NCBI GenBank assembly: GCA_963797095.1
Contig: CAWCNY010000006.1
Location: forward strand, 896,001-960,000
DNA from: an uncultured Chloroflexia bacterium
GTDB lineage: Bacteria; Chloroflexota; Chloroflexia; QHBQ01; JADMIH01
DNA: 64,000 bases
Reading direction: 5' to 3'
The notes under the pieces are model-generated. The model ran no database searches and had not been told where the DNA came from. It worked only from the letters and a program-made list of their open reading frames with translations. This document shows, piece after piece, positions 45,096-54,936 of the stretch. The translations under genes were made by a program, and so were the position numbers. Position 1 is the first letter of the stretch, and each line of letters opens with the position of its first letter.

Positions 45096-47570
45096 ATGAA
45101 ATCCAGGTCGTCGCGCCTGACGCGCAATCTTGTCATTACTCTGGCTCTGCCGGCGCTTTTGTCTCTACCTTTTGTCGCTAACGCTTCGATGCGAACCTCG
45201 CTGCCGTCCGCCGCGACCGGGGTTGATCGCAGCAGCGGCCTGATCGGGGCGGGCGACTGGCCCATGTATGGGCGCGACTTTCAGCGCACTAACTACAACC
45301 CCGACGAGACCACTATCAACGCGGGCAATGTGGCGCAGTTAGTGCAACGCTGGCAGGCGAATATCGGCTTTAGCGGCTCGGCAACTTCGGCAGCGCCCAG
45401 CATTGCTAACGGCGTGGTTTACGCAGGCAGCAGCGCGGCTTCTCCCGCTAACAACTTCTTCGCGTTCGACGCGATCACAGGGAGTTCGGTCTTTTCCGAG
45501 GCAATAGGCTACCGCAATCCCGGCTGCTTCAACGTCGGCATCGGCTCAACACCAGCCATATCGGGGACGCAGGTGGTGATCGGGGCGGACAACGCCAGCA
45601 GCAACCCGTCGTATTACGGTTTCAGCACCTCCAACGGATCTCAGGTCTGGGACAATCCTATGGGAGTTGGGGCCAGCGGCTTTCCCTGGGCGTCTGCCTT
45701 CCTGTACAACGGGCGCGCTTACATAGGTATAGCTTCGCGTTGCGATAATCCATCGGTGCGCGGTGAGCTACGCGCCATCGATATGACCGATGGCAGCACG
45801 GTTGGCAGCGCCTTCATCGTGGGTCCGGGTGAGCGCGGGGGGGGCATCTGGAACTCGCCGGCCCTGTCGGTTGATGGCACTATCATAGCTATCGGGACGG
45901 GCGAGGACTATAGCTGCACCGATTGCTCGCTGACGCGCAGCATGGTGACGGTTGATGCAGATACGCTGGCGGTATTGCAGCACCACCAGGAGCCATCGCC
46001 GAACCAGGACCTGGACTTCGGCACCACCCCGGTGATCTTCCACGATAACCTGGGCCGCGATCTGGTGGGCGCCGGCCACAAGAACAATACCTTCTATGTT
46101 TACGACCTGAGCGATGTGAACAGTGGAGCGATCTGGACGCGCAGCACAGGTGGTGTCGCTGTAGGGCTGATGCCTGCCTATGATCCCGACTACGGGAGCG
46201 GCGGCACGCTCTTCATCGTCAACAGTAGTATCACGGCGGTGGACCCTGCCAACGGAGGTGTCAGATGGGGCCCCGTGTCGATAGGTACCTCCCACGGCAA
46301 CATAGCAATCGCCAACGGCCTGATCTTTGTCAACCGGGGCAGCAGTGGCCTGGATATCAGAAGCGAAAGCGACGGCAGCTTGTTGCGTAACCTCCCACCA
46401 CCCAACGCGGGATCGGCCAATTCGGGCGTAGCGGTATCGCATGGCTTTATCTACTGGCTCTCAGGCTCATACCTGAACGCATGGAGCCTCCCTGCTGGCA
46501 CACCTTCAACCACACCCACAGCAGGCTCGCCCACCGCCACCAATACTCCAACCAATACGCCTACCCACACCTCAACTTCCACCAACACTCCGACCCCCCT
46601 GCCTCCAACCGGCACTTCCACGCCCAGCGCTACCAACACCACAGGCCCCACCTCGACCTCTACTGACACGCCCTTGCCCACCAACAGCCCGACAAATAGC
46701 CCAACGGCCACCAACACGGCCACCACTGCGCCCACTCAAACACCGGGTGGTCCAACCGCTACTCCTGTGCCTACCGATACCGCCACCAATACCCCTGCGC
46801 CACCTACAGATACTCCCGTGGGTGCGAGTGCCACGCCTACATCTCCGCCTGCCTCCACTGCTACTTCCACCAGGCCACCCACGGCCACAGCCCCACCACC
46901 CGCAACCGCCACGCCCACAACGTGCGTAATAGAGTTCACAGATGTACCTCCTGGCAGCACCTTCTACGCGTACATAGAGTGTCTCGCCTGCCGTGGGATT
47001 ATCAACGGTTACACGTCAGGGTGTGAGACAGGCAACCCATGTTTCCGCCCCGGTGATCTCGTGACAAGGGGCCAACTAGCCAAGATAGTGTCCAACTCGG
47101 CGGGCTTCAACGAGGATCCGGGCCCCCAGCGCTTCCAGGATGTGCCTCTAGGCTCAACCTTCTTTGATTTCATAGGGAGGCTTGCCAGCCGCGACATCAT
47201 CTCCGGATATCCATGCGGTGGTCCTGGCGAGCCATGCGTGGGTCCTTACAATCTGCCTTACTTCAGGCCCAACGCCAACGTCACAAGGGGGCAGATGTCC
47301 AAAATTGTGGCAGAGGCGGCAGGTTATAGCGAGATTGCAGGCCCACAGCAGTTCCAGGACGTAGTCCCAGGCTCAACATTCTACGATTACATCTGGCGGC
47401 TGACCGATAGAGGTATCATAAGCGGTTATCCGTGCGGCGGGGTAGGAGAGCCATGCGTAGACCCTGGCGACCTGCCATACTTCAGGCCCGGAGCCAACGC
47501 CACCAGGGGACAAGCATCGAAGATCGTGTCCAATACCTTCTTCCCTGAGTGCCTACCCACCATTCGCTAG
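45096..47570 (+). CDS. Secreted PQQ-like beta-propeller protein with PT linker and C-terminal SLH domains
   Basis: GDWPMYGRD...R, GGGIWNSP, DLDFG, PT-rich linker, three FxDVxxGSTF...RGIIxGY...FRP...TRGQ units. Confidence 0.88.
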   Translation: MKSRSSRLTRNLVITLALPALLSLPFVANASMRTSLPSAATGVDRSSGLIGAGDWPMYGRDFQRTNYNPDETTINAGNVAQLVQRWQANIGFSGSATSAAPSIANGVVYAGSSAASPANNFFAFDAITGSSVFSEAIGYRNPGCFNVGIGSTPAISGTQVVIGADNASSNPSYYGFSTSNGSQVWDNPMGVGASGFPWASAFLYNGRAYIGIASRCDNPSVRGELRAIDMTDGSTVGSAFIVGPGERGGGIWNSPALSVDGTIIAIGTGEDYSCTDCSLTRSMVTVDADTLAVLQHHQEPSPNQDLDFGTTPVIFHDNLGRDLVGAGHKNNTFYVYDLSDVNSGAIWTRSTGGVAVGLMPAYDPDYGSGGTLFIVNSSITAVDPANGGVRWGPVSIGTSHGNIAIANGLIFVNRGSSGLDIRSESDGSLLRNLPPPNAGSANSGVAVSHGFIYWLSGSYLNAWSLPAGTPSTTPTAGSPTATNTPTNTPTHTSTSTNTPTPLPPTGTSTPSATNTTGPTSTSTDTPLPTNSPTNSPTATNTATTAPTQTPGGPTATPVPTDTATNTPAPPTDTPVGASATPTSPPASTATSTRPPTATAPPPATATPTTCVIEFTDVPPGSTFYAYIECLACRGIINGYTSGCETGNPCFRPGDLVTRGQLAKIVSNSAGFNEDPGPQRFQDVPLGSTFFDFIGRLASRDIISGYPCGGPGEPCVGPYNLPYFRPNANVTRGQMSKIVAEAAGYSEIAGPQQFQDVVPGSTFYDYIWRLTDRGIISGYPCGGVGEPCVDPGDLPYFRPGANATRGQASKIVSNTFFPECLPTIR

Positions 47571-47602
47571 GATATATACAATCAGATTAGGTTCCCAGCA
47601 GA

Positions 47603-47780
47603 AGACATCCAGAGTTTTAGGTTCAGGTTCGCGTGCGTAAGATCCGTTTCTAAAAAGAGCAAAATTGGCGGCCTTGCCGCCAATTTTGCTCTTTTTAGAA
47701 GGCCCCTCCCCAAATTTTGGGGAGGGGTTGGGGTGGGGTCTTTGGTCGTTCCCGATCTGAATCTAAAATTCGGGATGATC
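47603..47780 (+). mobile_element. MITE-like element copy 2
   Basis: Ends AGACATCCAGAG / TTCGGGATGATC. Perfect 25-bp hairpin 47648-47700, then CCCCTCCCCAAATTTTGGGGAGGGG. Confidence 0.7.
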
Positions 47781-47802
47781 CATGTTATATTCATGCTTAG
47801 AT

Positions 47803-50022
47803 TCAATAATACCCCAGATATGCCGCGAAGATGCTCCCCAGATCGGTCTTGGAGTGCTTCTGGAATATGGACGTAAGGCCAATGGGCGTGGCACGCTTGA
47901 ACTTGTACGTGATGTAGTAGTCCTGCAACGCCGCGTAAAACGCATCGTCCCCCATTGCTTTTCGCACTCGACCTAGTATTACCGTGCCACTATCGTATAC
48001 AGCCGCCGTGTATTGGTTCTCGCTGGCGAAGCCGCTATACACCCCTGCCGATACCGGCCTGCTGGTTGTTGCGCTATCGGTCATCGAAGCCCACGATCGA
48101 TCGTATACCAATGGGAAGTTCGCCCGGATATACTCCGTTGTTACATAGGTGGTCATCGCTTCGTCCAGCCAGGGGTCGGTCAACTGGTTGTTGCCTATGG
48201 TCGAATAGAACCACTGGTGCCCTACCTCATGCACAGGCGTATACCACGTCCATGTGCCTGGCGTGGTGCCCAGGCTCAGCCACGAGGTTGGTATGAAGTA
48301 TGCCATGGGGTACTCCTGGGCATAGTCGTCGGTTTTCTCAAGGGGCACACCCATCTCGGCTATGCTATACGTATCGAACGGGTAGGCCCCGATCTTGTCG
48401 CCGAACCACGCCAGCGCAGGCCCGCACAGCGCCAACTGTTTCTGACCTGCCGCCTTGTACCTCTGCAAGAAGAAAGCCAGCATCTTCACGTGCCCCTCCT
48501 GGCGGGTCATGCTGGCGTCCTCCCAGGGGTTGATGAAGCGCGGTGACACGACATACGCAACATCGCGCACGCTATCCGCCTGAAAACGCCAGAGCGTGCC
48601 GTCGGCGCTCCGCTCGGTAGATTTGCCTGTGCCGCCCACTACCAGCCTTTCGCCATCCGGCGATTGTACTGTGATCGAGTAATCGGCGGACGGGTTGTTG
48701 CCCAGGTCGCCCAGGTCAGAATACGGGTAATACTGCCAGCCGCCGTTCTCGAAAGGCACCACGGTAGGCAACATATCCCCCATGCTCAGAATATCGTTCG
48801 TTTTGTCGTAGCCGGTTCGCCCGCCCGCCGGTCTCGGCTTGAGGTCCGCCGATAGCTGAATGTTGACCTTATCTCCGGGCGCGGCTGCTTTCGGCAGGCG
48901 CACTTCAAGATTGATCCCGTAGCGCCAGCCTGTCTCGGCATCTTGCCCATCTACCTTCACGCTCTCAAGCGTAAACACACCCTTCCAGTAATTCCAGACG
49001 GAGCGCAGGATGGCCCGGTCTAGTGGCGCGCCGGTAGCGTTGGACAGGGTGACTGTCTCGTCAATATGCACGGCTCGCGTGGGCGCGCTACCTACCGTGA
49101 TCTGCGCGCTGTACTGCGCGTCCATTTGCGCCTCGTGGCGGTCGGCGTAACGCCACTGCCAGTAGTGCCTCCCCACGTTGCCCATCTCCACCTGGGTGGC
49201 GGTGGGGTTGGCCGGGTTATATGTGAGCGTGCGCCGCTCGAACAACTGCACAAGCACTGTGCTCATCTGCCCATTGATCGGCACGATGATCCAGTAGGGT
49301 TCGGTGATCGGGTATCCGAGCGTATAGAGCCAATCAAAGTTGCTCGGTCTGCCCTCTGAGTTGGCATAATCCCAGAACGGCGCTGCCCAGTTGTGCCCCG
49401 ATGCCTCCTCGAAGTGTGATAATGTCACCTGCGCGGGTGTATCCAGCCCGCCTACCTGCTCGATCTCGTCGCCGTTACGTCTCAGGTAGGAGTTGCCCGG
49501 CAACGGCTGGGCTGCCAGATTTGTGGCTCGGCCCGTGAGCCTGGAGAATTGCGCGTAAGTCGGCCCGCTATCGCCGCCGCCATCCCCTGCAATCTCCACG
49601 TTGGCTGGACCTATCGTGTACCAGTTGCCGCTCCCGGTCTCCACCGCGCCCGCCACCATTTCTTTGACCAGTAAGCCGCTTGTGACGTACCAGGGCGAGC
49701 TTTGGTCGCCTGCCGGGTCGTTGACCTCCAGCCTCCCTTTGTCGAAATACTGCACAAGGTGGTTGCCCTCGGGCGCGTCGGTGAGCGGCTCGTAATCGGT
49801 GTAGAACGGCCCAGGCCCCCACATCCATGCTCGTTCCACCTGGCCCGACGCGACCGGACCATCGTCGCGCTGCCACACGGCTCGTATCTGAGAATCGGCA
49901 AACCCCTCCGAAGGCGCTGCCAGCGCGCTCTGTGTGCTTGTGACTAATGCCTGGCATACAGCGCCCAGGCATATTAAGAGTGCGAGAATACGGGCGAGGT
50001 TTGTGGTTCGGCGCGCCGTCAC
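47803..50022 (-). CDS. Secreted M1-family (gluzincin) metallopeptidase with N-terminal surface repeats
   Basis: VQYFDKGRLE and VQLFERR repeats, AQEYP, HEVGHQWF...WLDEA. GTG start overlaps the upstream TGA. Confidence 0.88.
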   Translation of the reverse strand: MTARRTTNLARILALLICLGAVCQALVTSTQSALAAPSEGFADSQIRAVWQRDDGPVASGQVERAWMWGPGPFYTDYEPLTDAPEGNHLVQYFDKGRLEVNDPAGDQSSPWYVTSGLLVKEMVAGAVETGSGNWYTIGPANVEIAGDGGGDSGPTYAQFSRLTGRATNLAAQPLPGNSYLRRNGDEIEQVGGLDTPAQVTLSHFEEASGHNWAAPFWDYANSEGRPSNFDWLYTLGYPITEPYWIIVPINGQMSTVLVQLFERRTLTYNPANPTATQVEMGNVGRHYWQWRYADRHEAQMDAQYSAQITVGSAPTRAVHIDETVTLSNATGAPLDRAILRSVWNYWKGVFTLESVKVDGQDAETGWRYGINLEVRLPKAAAPGDKVNIQLSADLKPRPAGGRTGYDKTNDILSMGDMLPTVVPFENGGWQYYPYSDLGDLGNNPSADYSITVQSPDGERLVVGGTGKSTERSADGTLWRFQADSVRDVAYVVSPRFINPWEDASMTRQEGHVKMLAFFLQRYKAAGQKQLALCGPALAWFGDKIGAYPFDTYSIAEMGVPLEKTDDYAQEYPMAYFIPTSWLSLGTTPGTWTWYTPVHEVGHQWFYSTIGNNQLTDPWLDEAMTTYVTTEYIRANFPLVYDRSWASMTDSATTSRPVSAGVYSGFASENQYTAAVYDSGTVILGRVRKAMGDDAFYAALQDYYITYKFKRATPIGLTSIFQKHSKTDLGSIFAAYLGYY

Positions 50023-51281
50023 TTTGTTATAGCCACTTCCACCGGCAGCAGCCTCACCGTAGCGTTTTCGTAGGCCACCGCCAGTACCATGCCATCGGGC
50101 GACCATGCCACCCTGTTTACCTCTCCATCCGCATTATCGGCGCGGTAAAGCTCTTTGCCTTCCGCATCAAATATGCCTACGAGGCCGCTGTTGCTAATAC
50201 CCGATGCTCCTGCCGCTATCATCGTACCGTCGGGAGACCAATCCAGGCTGGTTACACTCGAGCGGAAGCCCCTGAGCGTGCCTAGCTGCAAACCACCGGG
50301 CCGCCAAAGCTCGTTAGCGGCGGCGATCAGCTTGCCATCCGGCGACCAGTCCATCACGTTTATGCTGGTCTGCGCGTGGAAATAAGTCACAAGATTTCCT
50401 GCTGTATCGTAGATTGCCGTGTAGCCGCTCTCGTCGCCTGTCGTCCACATTTTGCTGTCTGGCGACCATGCCATGCCCCAGGATGGCGTGCAATGGGAGC
50501 AACTGATGGCATTGGTGCGGGTAATCACAGTGCCCGTCGCATCCCACAGCGCGTAGTCAACCGCTCCTCCTGCCAGATACTTACCATCGGGCGACCATTC
50601 CAGGTTGTAGAACTTGGCTCCACTCCAATTTGTGTGCAATGTGTTTTCTAGCGTGCTCTCGCGCGTCCAGATTTGTGCGGTGTTCTCTGTGGTGCTCATC
50701 AAACCGCCTGCCGCGATCTTCTCACTATCGGGCGACCATGAAAGGGAGAAGATAGCGCCTACGTCAGTCCGGATGGTCTTATCGAGCGTTCCGTCTTTGT
50801 TCCACAACCTTACCGTGCTGTCTACCGAGCCGCTCGCCAGCGTCTCGCCATCGGGCGACCATGCCAGCGCCTGCACTCCCCCCGTGTGCCCTTGCAACTT
50901 GCCTAGAAGTTTGCCGTCAGCGCTCCAGAGCCATACGTCGTATGTGTTGCTTCCTTTGTCTATCCCGCCAAGACCGCCCATAGCCGTAGCAAGCAGCGTT
51001 CCATCAGGCGACCACGCCAGCGAAGTTACTCCGGATGGAAACCCTGATAGCACCGTTCCCTGCTCGTCACCGCCTGGCGTGGTAGCGGGGGTGGCGACGC
51101 CGATCTCTGTGCCTACCGCCGGTGGAGTGGCGGGGACGGCCGTATCGCTCAAAGGCGTGCTTGTTGCGATGGGTTGGGATGTGGGTTGTGCCATAGGGGT
51201 TGGGGTTGGTGTCTCGCTGTCGCACGCGGCCAGCATCAATAAGGAGAATAGTATCAGGAAGAATAAGAATGCTTGTTTCAT
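50019..51281 (-). CDS. WD40-repeat lipoprotein
   Basis: Lipobox LAAC, repeated SLAWSPDG..LA, GHTGGV...DSTVRLW. Confidence 0.9.
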   Translation of the reverse strand: MKQAFLFFLILFSLLMLAACDSETPTPTPMAQPTSQPIATSTPLSDTAVPATPPAVGTEIGVATPATTPGGDEQGTVLSGFPSGVTSLAWSPDGTLLATAMGGLGGIDKGSNTYDVWLWSADGKLLGKLQGHTGGVQALAWSPDGETLASGSVDSTVRLWNKDGTLDKTIRTDVGAIFSLSWSPDSEKIAAGGLMSTTENTAQIWTRESTLENTLHTNWSGAKFYNLEWSPDGKYLAGGAVDYALWDATGTVITRTNAISCSHCTPSWGMAWSPDSKMWTTGDESGYTAIYDTAGNLVTYFHAQTSINVMDWSPDGKLIAAANELWRPGGLQLGTLRGFRSSVTSLDWSPDGTMIAAGASGISNSGLVGIFDAEGKELYRADNADGEVNRVAWSPDGMVLAVAYENATVRLLPVEVAITK

Positions 51282-51300
51282 GGTTACAATTCCACGCCAG

Positions 51301-51891
51301 CTATTGCAAATCTATTCCCGCCAACTCTGTATACACCGAGCCGCCAGGCCTGAGTTCGCTTTTCATCAAACTGACATGGTAGGCTGTGAAGGGCTTCCTC
51401 TCTATTGGCTTGTTCTCTTGCTGCTTCAGGGTCCGCGAAACCTTGTCCAATTCGTCGCGCCTAGCGGTGTCGCGCATTCTGCCAAGAGTCACGTGGGGTT
51501 GGAATAATTTGTCGGGCCTGTAACCCAACTTCTGTAGATGTTCCGCGATGCGGGCCTGCAGAGTCACAAGCCGCCCCGTATCCCCCTCCAGGCCGATCCA
51601 GAGCACGCGGGGGCGGGTAATGCCGGGGAAGGCTCCTATCCTTCCGAGGGCCAGCCCTACCTCCTTTTGCCCTGCACACCCTTCGCGCATCCCGTCTGCT
51701 ATTCGTGGGATCAACTCCTCGGGCACATCCCCCAGGAATTGCAGTGTGAGATGCGTGCCTTCTGGCCTCGACCAACGCACGGCTTCCGCCGCCCTGCCCA
51801 TCGCCGCCCGCAACACGTCTTGCCGGGCCGCCAGCAGGTCCCGCATTTCTTCAGGCAATTCAACCGCTATAAATGCACGCAATAAAGCCAT
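51301..51891 (-). CDS. thpR: RNA 2',3'-cyclic phosphodiesterase (2H phosphoesterase)
   Basis: RAFIAV, HLTLQFLG, PRVLW, PHVTLGR, KSEL..GSVY. Confidence 0.93.
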   Translation of the reverse strand: MALLRAFIAVELPEEMRDLLAARQDVLRAAMGRAAEAVRWSRPEGTHLTLQFLGDVPEELIPRIADGMREGCAGQKEVGLALGRIGAFPGITRPRVLWIGLEGDTGRLVTLQARIAEHLQKLGYRPDKLFQPHVTLGRMRDTARRDELDKVSRTLKQQENKPIERKPFTAYHVSLMKSELRPGGSVYTELAGIDLQ

Positions 51892-51979
51892 AAACTCATT
51901 TCGGATTTTAGATTTTGGATCTTTGGTTGCGTGTACCCTCCGATGCTCACCAAACCATACTAAATCCGCAATCCAAAAT

Positions 51980-52738
51980 CTAAAATCGAAGGTCCCATGA
52001 CCGCAAGGTTTCGAGCAGGCTGTGGTTGGTCATATCGAGGTGGATGGGCGTGATTGACACGTAGCCATCGGCCACCGCTACCACATCCGTGCCTTGCTCT
52101 CCTTCGCTCCTGATGATATTGCCGCCGATCCAGTAGTAGGTACGCCCTCGTGGGTCCACGCCCTTGACCAATTGGTCCTCATAGATGCGCTTGCCCAGCG
52201 TCGTGATCTGCACTCCCTTGATCTCGTCGTAGCTCAGATTCGGGATATTCACGTTCAGCAGTATATCCTTAGCCAGTCCTCTCTCGGTGATCTGCTGCAC
52301 CAACCGCGACACAAACTGCGCGCCAACATCTACGGGCCAGATCGGCTCGTTCGCCATCGACACCGCGATAGACGGCAATCCTGAGATCACTCCCTCCATG
52401 GCGGCTGCCACCGTGCCCGAATAAGTGATATCGTCGCCCAGGTTGTTGCCCATGTTGATGCCCGACACCACCAGTTCGGGCGGCTGCTCAAGGAAACCGA
52501 GCACAGCCAGCGCCACACAATCTGCCGGTGCGCCATCCGACGAATAGGCCTTATACCCCTCGCCCATCGCCACCTCGGTCACGCGCAGGGGCCGGTCCAT
52601 GGTGCGGTTGTGCCCCGAAATCGACCAGTTTCGGTCGGGCGCGAGCACTGTCACTTCGTGCGCCGGCGCCAGCGCATCTGCGACTGCCTTCAGGCCGGGC
52701 GATTGGACGCCATCGTCGTTTGTAATGAGTATCCTCAA
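51980..52738 (-). CDS. surE: 5'/3'-nucleotidase SurE
   Basis: RILITNDDG, DGAPADC, VSGINMG.NLG, YSGTVAAAMEG. TTG start at 52738. Confidence 0.96.
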   Translation of the reverse strand: MRILITNDDGVQSPGLKAVADALAPAHEVTVLAPDRNWSISGHNRTMDRPLRVTEVAMGEGYKAYSSDGAPADCVALAVLGFLEQPPELVVSGINMGNNLGDDITYSGTVAAAMEGVISGLPSIAVSMANEPIWPVDVGAQFVSRLVQQITERGLAKDILLNVNIPNLSYDEIKGVQITTLGKRIYEDQLVKGVDPRGRTYYWIGGNIIRSEGEQGTDVVAVADGYVSITPIHLDMTNHSLLETLRSWDLRF

Positions 52739-52742
52739 CTGG

Positions 52743-54290
52743 TCACAATCGCTTCCAACGCACACCCTGCGGGGTATCCTCGATCTCTATGCCTGCCTCG
52801 CGCAGTTGCGCCCGCAACTCATCGGCGCGCTTCCACTCTTTGTTCTTGCGGGCTTCCTGCCTCGCGTCCACAAGCTCCTGCAACTCGGGCGGCAACTTGT
52901 CCTCAAGCCTCTGGCGGGCGGTCTCCTCAAGCCTCAATCCAAGCACGCGGTCCCAATCGAACAGCGTAGGCAAGACTGCTCTCTGCTCGCCGCGCCTGTT
53001 AGCCTCCTTGATCAAGTCGTGTACCGCCGCCAGCGCACCCGGCATGTTCAGGTCGTCGTCAATCGACGATAGGAAGCGCTCCTTGTAAGCCTCTTGCCAG
53101 CTTTGATCTCCCGTTCCGAGAGCATCGTCGCCCAATTGCATAGCGTTGGTCACGAAATCGTACAGCCCTTCCAACGCATTTGCGGCGGCGTCCATCGATT
53201 CGTCGGTGTAGTTCAGTTGAGCGCGATACTTGGCCGTGAAGCAGAAATACCTGTAGGCGAGCGGGTTGTATCCCTTATCAACCAGGCTCTGGAGCGTCAG
53301 GAACCCTCCGCCGCCCCTGTTGAGCGGCGTTATCCCCTCACCCATATCGCGATTACCGCTTTCGCTCGCCGCGCCTTTGCTCTTGCTCATCTTGCCCGCG
53401 TTGATCAGCAGGAACTCCGAGTGCATCCAGTAGCGCACGAACAACTTGCCTGTGCACCCTTCCGACTGCGCGATCTCGTTCTCGTGGTGGATTGGTATGT
53501 GGTCTACCCCGCCGGTGTGTATATCTAACGTCTCGCCCAGGTACTTCATCGACATAGCCGAGCACTCTATATGCCAGCCCGGATACCCCTCGCCCCACGG
53601 CGAAGGCCATCGCATGGCGTGGGTCGCATCGGCCCGCTTCCAGAGCGCGAAGTCGGCGGGGTTGCGCTTCTCGGTGTTCACCTCCACGCGTGCCCCGGCC
53701 TCCTGCTCCTCCAGGCTCTGCCTCGAAAGCTCACCGTACTTGGGAAAGGTCGAAACGTCGTAATAGACCCCGTCCTTGATTACATAGGCGTGCCCGTTCT
53801 CGACCAGGCATCGTATCAATGCAATCATGTCCTGAATGTGGTCGGTAGCGGGCGTCAGGATGTCGGGTCTCTTGATGTTGAGGCGCTCCATGTCCAGCAA
53901 GAATGCATCGGTGTAGAACTTGGCGATCTCCCACACCGACTTCCCCTCGCGCCTCATCGCCTTGATCATCTTGTCCTCGCCCTCGTCCGCGTCCGAGGTG
54001 AGGTGCCCCACGTCCGTGATATTCATCACCTGGGTGACATCGTAGCCATTGTACCGGAGGGTGCGCACCAGCACATCCTCGAAAATGAACGTCTTGAAGT
54101 TGCCGATATGCTGGAAGTTGTACACCGTCGGCCCGCAGGTATAAAGCCCAACCTTGCCAGGTGTCAACGGCACGAACACATCTTTTTCGTGTGTCAGCGT
54201 GTTATATAAAAGAATCTTATTTGCAGGATCTTGCAACGCGTCCCTCCATGCCCCTGATTGGTATGATTCTCCCATGTTATATGATAACAT
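52743..54290 (-). CDS. cysS: Cysteine--tRNA ligase
   Basis: YTCGPTVY, HIGN, NITDV, DFALWK, PGWHIECS, HHENE, KMSKS, IEDTPQG. Confidence 0.98.
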   Translation of the reverse strand: MLSYNMGESYQSGAWRDALQDPANKILLYNTLTHEKDVFVPLTPGKVGLYTCGPTVYNFQHIGNFKTFIFEDVLVRTLRYNGYDVTQVMNITDVGHLTSDADEGEDKMIKAMRREGKSVWEIAKFYTDAFLLDMERLNIKRPDILTPATDHIQDMIALIRCLVENGHAYVIKDGVYYDVSTFPKYGELSRQSLEEQEAGARVEVNTEKRNPADFALWKRADATHAMRWPSPWGEGYPGWHIECSAMSMKYLGETLDIHTGGVDHIPIHHENEIAQSEGCTGKLFVRYWMHSEFLLINAGKMSKSKGAASESGNRDMGEGITPLNRGGGGFLTLQSLVDKGYNPLAYRYFCFTAKYRAQLNYTDESMDAAANALEGLYDFVTNAMQLGDDALGTGDQSWQEAYKERFLSSIDDDLNMPGALAAVHDLIKEANRRGEQRAVLPTLFDWDRVLGLRLEETARQRLEDKLPPELQELVDARQEARKNKEWKRADELRAQLREAGIEIEDTPQGVRWKRL

Positions 54291-54340
54291 TCATTATACC
54301 GTATGCGCTGAGAAGCTGAGAAGCTGAGTAGCCGCCCAGC

Positions 54341-54817
54341 GTGGAGGACCCCGTGCCAGACAGCCCGAACCGACAGCCGCCCAAGCCCGCGAGCAGGCCC
54401 GTTCCTGCTTCACGGCCACGGCCTCTTATAGTGCCTCCCCCGCCCGTACAGCGCCCCCTCGGCATCACGATCCTCGCCATACTAAACTTCGTGCTGGCGA
54501 CCCTTTTCCTGGCGCTGATCGCGCTCACCCTCGCCAACTCTGCCGACGGCAGCTACACCCTCGCCTGCCTTGCTATCCTGCCTGTGGCGATCAGTACAGG
54601 CCTTGGCGTGGCCCTCTGGCGCATGCTCCCCTGGGCGCGTAACACCGCCATCGTGCTCTATGTGGTCTACGCCTTCTCAGCCCTCCTCAACATCTTCTCG
54701 CGCCCCGTCACCATCAGCGATATAGCAGGCATCCTGATCCCGGCAGTAATAGTGGCATACCTGTTGCAACCCTCCGTCCGAGAAGCCTTTGAGCGCAACG
54801 CCAATGTGCCGACGTGA
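54341..54817 (+). CDS. Four-TM membrane protein
   Basis: RPLGITILAIL...ALWRM.PWAR...YL.QPSVREAF pattern. Confidence 0.7.
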   Translation: MEDPVPDSPNRQPPKPASRPVPASRPRPLIVPPPPVQRPLGITILAILNFVLATLFLALIALTLANSADGSYTLACLAILPVAISTGLGVALWRMLPWARNTAIVLYVVYAFSALLNIFSRPVTISDIAGILIPAVIVAYLLQPSVREAFERNANVPT

Positions 54818-54825
54818 TCCAATCA

Positions 54826-54926
54826 GGTAGCCGGTAGCCGGTAGTCAGAGAACTATGGACAATATACGCAACCAGGAACCAGGAACTTCTGACTACCGGC
54901 TACCGGCTACCGGCTACCGGCTACCA
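54826..54926. repeat. Inverted heptamer arrays (GGTAGCC)n ... (CTACCGG)n
   Basis: GGTAGCC x2 near 54826, AACCAGG x2 in between, CTACCGG x4 from 54893. Confidence 0.85.
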
Positions 54927-54936
54927 ACCCAACAAA

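Noticed and set aside
46490-46925. Repetitive C/A-rich DNA
   Set aside because: Ordinary Pro/Thr linker coding sequence of the SLH protein.
50614-51507. 297-aa plus-strand ORF with repeated SPSGDH
   Set aside because: Antisense reading of the WD40 WSPDG repeats.
54275-54340. T-box leader upstream of cysS
   Set aside because: The intergenic space is only ~50 bp and has no T-box motif.
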